A model generated the notes under the pieces. The model had not been told where the DNA came from, did no database searches, and saw only the letters and a program-made list of their open reading frames with translations. From a virus, in IMG/VR virus record IMGVR_UViG_3300049027_000111, positions 2,481 to 66,480 of that record: DNA of 64,000 nt. One strand, given 5' to 3'. The translations under genes and the position numbers were made by a program. The stretch's first letter is position 1. The number at the start of each line of letters is the position of its first letter. Positions 57,901 through 64,000 of the stretch are shown in pieces.

Positions 57901-58774
57901 CGGGCTCGATCACGTCTCGGGCTCGCTCGCGTCCAGCCTCAGCGTCGCCGACAGCAAGCCGCTCGAGGTGTCCGGCTTCCCGCTGCGGGGCATCAAGTTT
58001 CGCAACGTGAAGTGCCACACGCGCGAGCCGGTCATCGCGCATCTGCACGACGCCCAGGACATGACGTTCCTCGACCCGCAGTTCGAGGGCGGCGGCAAGC
58101 TCATCGCGTCGCCGGTCTCGACCGAGGCGTCCGGCTGGGCGGCGGCGGCCTGCGGCGAGACCCGCAACCTCGTGACGCTGGGCGACAACAGCCTGGACGA
58201 GCAGACCCTGACGCTGTTGACGCCGCGCTCCGGCTTCGTCCAGGGGCTGCAGGCGGGGCTGCGCGCCGACCTGACCGGCGACTTCACCCTGACCTCGCTG
58301 CGCTCCGACCGCGACACGGTGATCAAGACCCATTCGAGCCAGAACTTCTACGTCAAGAAATCGACCGGCAGCGGCGTTTTCCGGGTCACCGACACCGGCA
58401 ACGTCCTGGTCGAGGGCGGCGGCCAGTTCTCGCTGACCGGCGGCAGCGGCATCATGAACGTGGATGCTTCCGCGACCTTCGCCCTGAGGCAGTCGAGCAC
58501 GACGCGGCTGCAGATGTTCTCCACCGGCAACTTCGCCCCGGGCAGCGACAACGCGCTGAACTTTGGCGTGCAGGCGACGCGCTGGGCCAATGTCTACGGC
58601 ACGAACTTCAGGCCGGGCGCCGGCACCGCGACCTGGACCAGCGGCACCGGCACGCCCGAGGGCAGCGTGACGGCCACGGTCGGCTCACTTTTCACGCGAA
58701 CAGATGGCGGGGCTAGCACAACCTTATATTGCAAAGAATCGGGCAGTGGCAACACCGGTTGGATCGCCAAATAA
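54959..58774 (+). CDS. Tailspike with two pectate-lyase-3-like beta-helix domains
   Basis: 'VSVKDFGAxGNGxxDDT...F(F/A)PAGVY' occurs twice. C-terminal 'GTPEGSVTATVGSLF.R...LY.KESGSGNTGW'. Confidence 0.85.
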   Translation: MATSKRTTDLPLATALVDILGHDADGHTSRADLTGLAAALAGTLSNVELTANGIAVRYELGFEVETPRAAIVAVDGVVQPISTYTVAGGFITFSEAPPTGAKLDIRVIGEAVPVLLGDTFTASGTGAVSRLILNKLADVVSVKDFGAYGNGEYDDTVAINAALATGKPVFFPAGVYRCSNGVDLPAGARLIGSGAPKLGVFPQSTDDKRFLRPGYKDQLPGTTLLFTGTGTKTTTTPRVDRFASFTYCVRTTTSAAVSLEGLAIVMDMDVLDADGDLTETTTDNRAAYDVGYLCGADRSYHRDLVIFGYFAKAGLVVHGSNPDYITFDGGSSSGDIGCAIVGDGTNGLSGTQFYAWDFFANDHHSRSIITNQWGTTALYIDGAVAASPPNAGIGGHFFVGGCVRTYTDNPLSFDHCNCAVLTGVVLEWPNLPGSTGATVATPLATSSTYGVSFENCRHLAAIGSGGIYAMANAMGGPFLHADPRYGELGVVGAGGGVMLRGGTSGQLPRVQLTTDANSSTTGWQLVYDTGNSDILDFRNAGTSRFSLATAGGLQKAGFAHGGTKTIASGSIAAGSYNYYSVDTEASASTDDLDTISGGVYDGQLLLLRAANSSRDVVCKDGTGNLRLVGDLTLTHAQNRLLLAFDGTNWVEVSRSESTSASAGGPVSVKDFGAAGNGTTDDTTAFINALASGAKTVFAPAGVYKLTQTLSLPQGVTLEGEGVDEWEPIYPTRAKKWGGTVLLFAGTGTRATTFAGVTSMRHGGGWRVDGADTRKLTSFYNADASGTTAATQRTFSVAVRNATGAYYCGLRNLRIANWSGADGMSGHSDTGSGSLGDSWDIGLLLDNTEYFLAENIQVVGTWREYGLLDIATAITESRSERNHIRRAKLQGRVGLGIRSTDRWAVTATTGTTVDVRWSEEHYWAATGSFRGQDGVTYAYTGRSFAGSTLTLTGVTPDPSALTQVRHAGTGFGNTEFHDAYLYGLDHVSGSLASSLSVADSKPLEVSGFPLRGIKFRNVKCHTREPVIAHLHDAQDMTFLDPQFEGGGKLIASPVSTEASGWAAAACGETRNLVTLGDNSLDEQTLTLLTPRSGFVQGLQAGLRADLTGDFTLTSLRSDRDTVIKTHSSQNFYVKKSTGSGVFRVTDTGNVLVEGGGQFSLTGGSGIMNVDASATFALRQSSTTRLQMFSTGNFAPGSDNALNFGVQATRWANVYGTNFRPGAGTATWTSGTGTPEGSVTATVGSLFTRTDGGASTTLYCKESGSGNTGWIAK

Positions 58775-60240
58775 TGCCCGTGATCCCGCTCGGCCCCTGG
58801 CGGCCCGACACGGCCGGGTTCGTCAACAATTCCGGCCAGCTCAACGACATGAGGAACGCCATCCCGGTGCAGGGCGGCTGGCAGCCGCAGCGTTCGCTCG
58901 GGGCGCTGTCCGAGCAGACCATCGCGACGCCGGTGCAGGGCGTCCAGGTCGCGACCCGGACCAACGGCGGCCTCGAGCTGTTCGTCGCCGCCAACGGGTC
59001 GATCCACCGCGTCCCGAGCCGGACGGGCGCGCTCGAGGCCGCCGGCTCGGGCTTCGCGGCCTCGGCAAGCGACCGCTGGCGGTTCGTCCAGTTCGGCGAC
59101 CTGCTGCTCGCCACCAACTTCGCCGATGACCTCCAGGCCTACGACCTGACTTCCGGCGGTAGCTTCGGCGATCTCCACGCGAGCGCGCCGCGCGCGAAGT
59201 ACATCGCGATCGTGCGCGACTTCCCGGTGGTCGCCCACACGTACGACTCGGTTGACCTCACGGACGCCTACCGCGTTAGATGGCCGGGCTTCGTCAATGG
59301 TGTCGTCGACCCTACCAGCTGGGCCTACAGCCTGACGACCCAGGCCGACTTTCAGCGCGTGAGCGACATCGGCCAAATAACCGGCCTGACCGGCGGCGAG
59401 ATCGGCACCGTGGTCGGGCAACAGGGCCTGTGCCGCATGTCCTACGGCGGCTCGGCGCTGTTCTCGTTCGAAGTCGTCGAGCGCCGGATCGGCTGCCGGG
59501 TGCCGAACTCCGTGGTTCAATATAGACAAGGAACGTATTTCTGGTCCCCGGACGGCTGGCACGTCTTTGACGGGTCTGCAGTCAGTCCGATCGGCAACGA
59601 GAAGATCGATCGCTTCTTCCACGAAGACTTCGACGAGGGTTCCGCGGAATTGATGTGGGCGGTGGCCGAGGACGGCCGCGGCCACGTCGTCTGGGCCTAC
59701 CCCGGCCAGGGGCATGGCGGGCGCTGCAACCGGATGCTGCGCTTCGCGCCCGAGCTCGGCGAGTGGGCGGTCACGGACGTCGTCCTCGACGGCTTAGGCC
59801 CCGGCAAAAGCTTCGGCGCCTCCCTCGACGACTCGATGTTCGACAACCTCGACGAGTGGGGGTCGCTCGACGATCCCGGCTTGTGGCTGGAGCTGCCGCA
59901 GACGGTGGCGGTCGCGGACGGCACGGTGCAGGCCTTCATCGGCTCGCCGATGGATGCCTTTTTCCAGACCGGCTTGCTGATGCTCAACCAGGACGGCCGG
60001 TTCCTGCTCAACCGGGCCTTCGTGCTGCACGACCGCGGCTATCCCGCGATGCGGATCGGCATGGGCGAGCGGCTCGACGCCGGCACCATGACCTGGCTCG
60101 AGCCGATCGAGCAGCAGAGCGACGGCTACATGCGCGTGCGCTGTCCCGGGCGCACGCACATGGCCGAGCTTTACCTTTACGGCGACTGGGTCAGGGCGCA
60201 AGGCATCGACCTGCGCGGCGCGCCGATCGGCACCCGCTGA
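58774..60240 (+). CDS. Tail nozzle / DNA-stabilisation protein (P22 gp10-like)
   Basis: 'IPLGPWRPD', 'WRFVQFGD', 'QADFQ', 'GC..PNSV', 'PIGNEKIDRFF'. Confidence 0.8.
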   Translation: MPVIPLGPWRPDTAGFVNNSGQLNDMRNAIPVQGGWQPQRSLGALSEQTIATPVQGVQVATRTNGGLELFVAANGSIHRVPSRTGALEAAGSGFAASASDRWRFVQFGDLLLATNFADDLQAYDLTSGGSFGDLHASAPRAKYIAIVRDFPVVAHTYDSVDLTDAYRVRWPGFVNGVVDPTSWAYSLTTQADFQRVSDIGQITGLTGGEIGTVVGQQGLCRMSYGGSALFSFEVVERRIGCRVPNSVVQYRQGTYFWSPDGWHVFDGSAVSPIGNEKIDRFFHEDFDEGSAELMWAVAEDGRGHVVWAYPGQGHGGRCNRMLRFAPELGEWAVTDVVLDGLGPGKSFGASLDDSMFDNLDEWGSLDDPGLWLELPQTVAVADGTVQAFIGSPMDAFFQTGLLMLNQDGRFLLNRAFVLHDRGYPAMRIGMGERLDAGTMTWLEPIEQQSDGYMRVRCPGRTHMAELYLYGDWVRAQGIDLRGAPIGTR

Positions 60241-60548
60241 TGCCATTCCCGTCCCGCTACCGTCTGCCGACGCCGCAGATCAGCGGCCCGGAGCTGGCCC
60301 GGATCGTGGCCGACATGCGGGTGGGCCGCCTCGACGTCGGCAGCGAGATCACCCTCGAGAGCGCCGCGACAACGACGGTCGTGCGCTCCAGCACCATCGG
60401 GCCGGACACGATCCCGGTCCTGGTGCCGACCACCTCGACCGGGGCCGCGCTCAAATGGTGGCTGTCGTCCCGCGACAAGGGCGAGCTGACGCTGGGCCAC
60501 GACGCCCCCGCGGGCGACGAGCCGTTCCTCCTCCTGCTGATCGGGTGA
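60240..60548 (+). CDS. Small tail-associated protein
   Basis: TGATG-coupled, 102 aa. Confidence 0.6.
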   Translation: MPFPSRYRLPTPQISGPELARIVADMRVGRLDVGSEITLESAATTTVVRSSTIGPDTIPVLVPTTSTGAALKWWLSSRDKGELTLGHDAPAGDEPFLLLLIG

Positions 60549-60552
60549 CACG

Positions 60553-61674
60553 ATGGGCCTGTTCGATTTCCTGAGCGACGGCGGCTCAGAGGTGCAGAAG
60601 GCCGACCTGCCGGGCTATCTCGAGCGCCCGACCAAAGGCATCGCCAACAACGTCTGGGATCTGCTGCGCGCCGGCAGGGACAACGGCGGGATGAACGCCA
60701 CCCAGCAGCAGGCGCTGCAGGGCATGATCGCCCAGGCGCAGCAGCCGTCGGGCCTCGCGAGCGGCGCCAGCAACTGGCTCACCGGGCTGCTCCAGGGCGG
60801 CAGCGGCCTCAACCAGCAGCAGGCGGGGCTCGCCGGCCAGCTCACCGCCGGCCAGGTCGTGAACCCGGCCATGGCGGAGACGGCCAGGATCGCCCAGGGC
60901 GGCGATCTCGGCAAGAATCCCTATCTCAACGCACAGTATCAGCAAGGCGCCCAGCAGCTCACCGACCAGTTCAAGAACACCGTCGTGCCGGGCCTCGACA
61001 ACAGCTTCGCGAGCTCAGGCCGGCTCGGCTCCGGGGCCTACGCGCAGCTGCGCAACCAGACCGAGAAGGGCCTCGCCCAAGGCCTCGGCGACCTCGCCAC
61101 CAACATCTACGGCGGCGCCTACGCGACCGATCGCGCCAACCAGATGAGCGCTTTGAACCAGTGGCAAGGCCTCGGCCAGAACGCCATCGGCAACCAGCTC
61201 TCGGGCGCCAACCTCTTCGGGACCGGGCAGCAGAACCTGTTCTCGGCCGTCGGCGCGGCACCCGGCGCGCAGAACCTCAACTTCGACCAGCTCAATCGCA
61301 TGTACCAGGCGGGGACCATCCAGCAGCAGGCGCCCTGGCAGCTGTACCAGAACGCGGCTGGGATCATCGGCGGCCTCCCGGGCTCGCAGAACCAGACCAC
61401 GCAGCAGCGGCAGAACCCGGTCACCGGCGCGATCAACTTGGGTGCCTCGGCGGCAGGCGCCTTCATGGGGTCCGACGTCCGGCTCAAGACCGACATCGTC
61501 CGGGTCGGCGCCACGCCGCTCGGGATCCCGGTCTACCTCTTCCGCTACCACTGGGACGATCCGGGCACCCTGCGCTTCGGCGTGATGGCGCAGGAGGTGC
61601 TGCCGGTCCTGCCGGAGGCGGTGGCGCAGCTATCTAGCGGCTATCTAGCTGTCGACTACGGAAGGATCCGCTGA
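60553..61674 (+). CDS. DNA-transfer/ejection-like protein with C-terminal S74-type chaperone domain
   Basis: Q/G/N-rich with 'NPYL', 'SSGRLGSG'. C-terminal 'SDVRLKTDI...GVMAQEV...VDY'. Confidence 0.75.
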   Translation: MGLFDFLSDGGSEVQKADLPGYLERPTKGIANNVWDLLRAGRDNGGMNATQQQALQGMIAQAQQPSGLASGASNWLTGLLQGGSGLNQQQAGLAGQLTAGQVVNPAMAETARIAQGGDLGKNPYLNAQYQQGAQQLTDQFKNTVVPGLDNSFASSGRLGSGAYAQLRNQTEKGLAQGLGDLATNIYGGAYATDRANQMSALNQWQGLGQNAIGNQLSGANLFGTGQQNLFSAVGAAPGAQNLNFDQLNRMYQAGTIQQQAPWQLYQNAAGIIGGLPGSQNQTTQQRQNPVTGAINLGASAAGAFMGSDVRLKTDIVRVGATPLGIPVYLFRYHWDDPGTLRFGVMAQEVLPVLPEAVAQLSSGYLAVDYGRIR

Positions 61675-62168
61675 TGGACCCGCAGCAGCTGGCGATGATC
61701 CTGCAGTCGCTGCCGCCGGAGCAGCGCCTGCAGATGCAGGCCGCGCTCGGTGGCATGGCCCCTCAACCGACGGCGCTGCCCGCTCAGGGCGGCGGCCTGG
61801 CCGCGATCCTCGCCTCCTTGGGCGGTGGCGGCCAGGGCATGGGCCAGATGCGCAACACCCCGGGCGTGATGACGAACCGGCACGGCCAGCCGCTCAGCGC
61901 CAACGCGGCGGGCTTCGTCGGCGCCGGACAGGCGGCGAACGCTCCCGACGCCTGGAAGATGACGCCCGCGCAGGCGCTGACCGGCGCGCTCGGCGGCTAC
62001 TCGCAGGGCAAGCGGCAGCAGACCGCCGGGCTGCAGCAGCAGCAGCAGGGCCAGTCGGGTTTGATGAACATCCTCAAGATGCTGCAGGGCCAGCAGTCCT
62101 ACGGCACGGGCGGCTACGCCCAGACGCCGGTCCTCGGCCCGGGCGGACGCATGGGCGGGGGCGTGTAG
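61674..62168 (+). CDS. Q/G-rich ejection-like protein
   Basis: Low complexity. Shares 'WxxTPAQAL..A..GYS' with the next gene. Confidence 0.55.
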   Translation: MDPQQLAMILQSLPPEQRLQMQAALGGMAPQPTALPAQGGGLAAILASLGGGGQGMGQMRNTPGVMTNRHGQPLSANAAGFVGAGQAANAPDAWKMTPAQALTGALGGYSQGKRQQTAGLQQQQQGQSGLMNILKMLQGQQSYGTGGYAQTPVLGPGGRMGGGV

Positions 62169-62169
62169 G

Positions 62170-63651
62170 ATGCCGTTCCCGCCGACCCCGAACCCGCTGT
62201 GGCGATGGCTCTCGCCCGAGAAGCAGGAGGAGCTCCTGCGCCTGCAGCAGGGGCTGCCGCCGGCCCCGCCGTCGCAGATCCGGGTGACCGAGCTGGCGCC
62301 GCCGACACCGGGCCTGGCGCCGTCGCCGGGATCGCCGCCGCCGACGGCCGGGCCCGCCGCGTCGCCGGGGCGCAGCCTGCTGGGCATGACGCCCGAGCGC
62401 TATCAGCAGATGGCCGCGCAGGTCGACACGCTGTTCAATCCGGCATCCTTGCGCGGCCCTCTCACCGACGACGAGAAGGCCGACGTGCGCCGCGCCGGCT
62501 GGGCCGGGGTCGCGCAGGGCGCGGCGCAGACGCGCTGGAACGCCACGCCTGCCCAGGCGCTCGCCAATGCCTTCGCGGGCTACTCCGGCGGCGCCTACCA
62601 GGGCCGGGCGGACATCCGTGAGCAGCGCAAGGAGGATGCGGAGCTCGCCAGCAAGGGCCTCGAGGCGAGGCTCAAGCTCGAGGAGTACGTGCGCAAGCAG
62701 GCGGGCCGGGCGCAGATGGAGGCGCTGATCGACCGCGACCCGCAGCTCAAGGCGCTCTACGCCGCCGACCCGGAGGGCGTCAGCAAGGCGCTCACCGAGC
62801 AGATGCTGCAGACCAAGGACCGTTACGTCATCGGTCGCAACGGCGAGGTGCTGGACAAGTACACAGGCGAGCTCAAGGCCGGGCCGGGTATGGTCAGGCC
62901 GGACACGCAGCTCGGCAAGCTGTACGCCGAGCTGGGCGCCATGGCGCCGGACGACCCGCGCCGGCCGGCGTATCTCGCCGCGATCCAGAAGGAGGTCACC
63001 GCCAGCGGCGGCAGCACCACCTACCGCCAGCTCACGCCCGAGGAGCTCAAGGCGGCCGGCTACCGCGAGGGCGCGGTCGTCTATCGCGGCACCGACGGCA
63101 AGGACATCGTCACCCAGCAGGCCGGCGACGTGAAGGATGATCCGAAGTTCAAGCAGAGCACCGACCTCCGGACCTCGTTCGAGGCGCTGACCAAGGAGGC
63201 GCGCATCATCGTGCCGGCCTTCGGCAAGATGGAATCGGCGTTCGCCCAGGACAGCAAGAGCGGCGACGTCGCGGCGCTGTTCGCGTTCATGAAGATGCTC
63301 GACCCGACCTCGGTGGTGCGCGAGAGCGAGTTCGCCACCGCCGGACAGGCGGGCAGCCTGCCCGATCAGGTCCAGGCCTACTGGAACAAGTTCACCGGCC
63401 AGGGCCGGCTGACCCCGGCGCAGCGCGCCGAGATCCTCAGCGCCGGTCGCTCGCAGCTGGCCCCGTACAAGCGGGCCTACGACGAGACCGCGGAGAACTA
63501 CCGGGCGCTGGCCGCGCGCTTCGGCCTCAAGCCCGAGGACGTCGTTCCGACATTGACCTGGCCTGAGATCGCGGCGCCGAAGCCGCCCCCCGCCGCCGGT
63601 CCCGACATCGATGCGATCGTCAACGAAGAGCTGGGGCTGACGGGGGACTGA
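62170..63651 (+). CDS. DNA ejection (internal virion) protein
   Basis: 'GDVAALFAFMKMLDPTSVVRESEF', 'GRLTPAQR'. Confidence 0.7.
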   Translation: MPFPPTPNPLWRWLSPEKQEELLRLQQGLPPAPPSQIRVTELAPPTPGLAPSPGSPPPTAGPAASPGRSLLGMTPERYQQMAAQVDTLFNPASLRGPLTDDEKADVRRAGWAGVAQGAAQTRWNATPAQALANAFAGYSGGAYQGRADIREQRKEDAELASKGLEARLKLEEYVRKQAGRAQMEALIDRDPQLKALYAADPEGVSKALTEQMLQTKDRYVIGRNGEVLDKYTGELKAGPGMVRPDTQLGKLYAELGAMAPDDPRRPAYLAAIQKEVTASGGSTTYRQLTPEELKAAGYREGAVVYRGTDGKDIVTQQAGDVKDDPKFKQSTDLRTSFEALTKEARIIVPAFGKMESAFAQDSKSGDVAALFAFMKMLDPTSVVRESEFATAGQAGSLPDQVQAYWNKFTGQGRLTPAQRAEILSAGRSQLAPYKRAYDETAENYRALAARFGLKPEDVVPTLTWPEIAAPKPPPAAGPDIDAIVNEELGLTGD

Positions 63652-64000
63652 TGCCGGAGATCAAGGAGATCCTGACGCCGGACCAGATCCGGCAGCTGAA
63701 GCTCGACCTCGAGCAGCTGAAGAGCGACGGCTACGGCGAGGCGGAGCTGCGCGACTACGTCAAAGGCTTCAAGGACGGGTTCGTCAGCAACAGCCCGGTC
63801 GGGCTGGCGGGCAACTTCGCCAACGGCCTGCTGCTCGGCTACGGCGACGAGGCCAAGGGCGGCTTGCGCAGCCTGTTCTCGGGCCAGTCGCGCCTCTACG
63901 AGACCGCGCGCGCCCGCGCGCAGATCAGCCGCTCGCGCCAGGCGCATCCCGTGGCCAGCCTGGGCGCGGAGGTCGCCGGCGCCACGACGGCGGGCAACAT
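63651..64000 (+). CDS. Large internal virion protein, 5' part (truncated by the window end)
   Basis: TGATG-coupled, MPEIKEILTP..., 'ANGLLLGYGDE', open to the window end. Confidence 0.65.
   Translation, partial: MPEIKEILTPDQIRQLKLDLEQLKSDGYGEAELRDYVKGFKDGFVSNSPVGLAGNFANGLLLGYGDEAKGGLRSLFSGQSRLYETARARAQISRSRQAHPVASLGAEVAGATTAGN

Noticed and set aside
1-64000. tRNA, rRNA, integrase or IS elements
   Set aside because: None was recognisable by eye. A tRNAscan/Infernal run would be needed to exclude small RNAs.

Overview
A high-GC, podovirus-type (P22-like head-tail organisation) dsDNA phage genome, probably nearly complete and circularly permuted. An alphaproteobacterial host is inferred from gene content. 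Order: fibre/spike genes with a GH5 hydrolase (1-8 kb); spanin-like lysis genes; a GH26-like hydrolase and a lone response regulator; a leftward recombination operon (PD-(D/E)XK nuclease, RecT, Rad50-like ATPase, DEDDh exonuclease); Cro-like HTH, VRR-NUC, muramidase, HNH, SF2 helicase and replication genes; terminase; about 7 kb of small accessory genes; portal; a cassette of polyvalent-type proteins; scaffold, capsid, adaptor, tailspike, nozzle and ejection proteins. No integrase, tRNA or canonical CRISPR array was seen. The outstanding feature is at 13.45-15.6 kb. A stand-alone 186-aa Cas7/RAMP-like gene is flanked by two non-coding arrays (4 + 8 units). Each unit is a run of about 11-16 pentamers (semi-constant CGC-like triplet plus variable dinucleotide on the transcribed strand) closed by a conserved CAACGTC-pyrimidine tail. 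This is a candidate phage RNA-guided system with a gapped, non-contiguous guide code. All product calls are from motifs read by eye, not from database searches.
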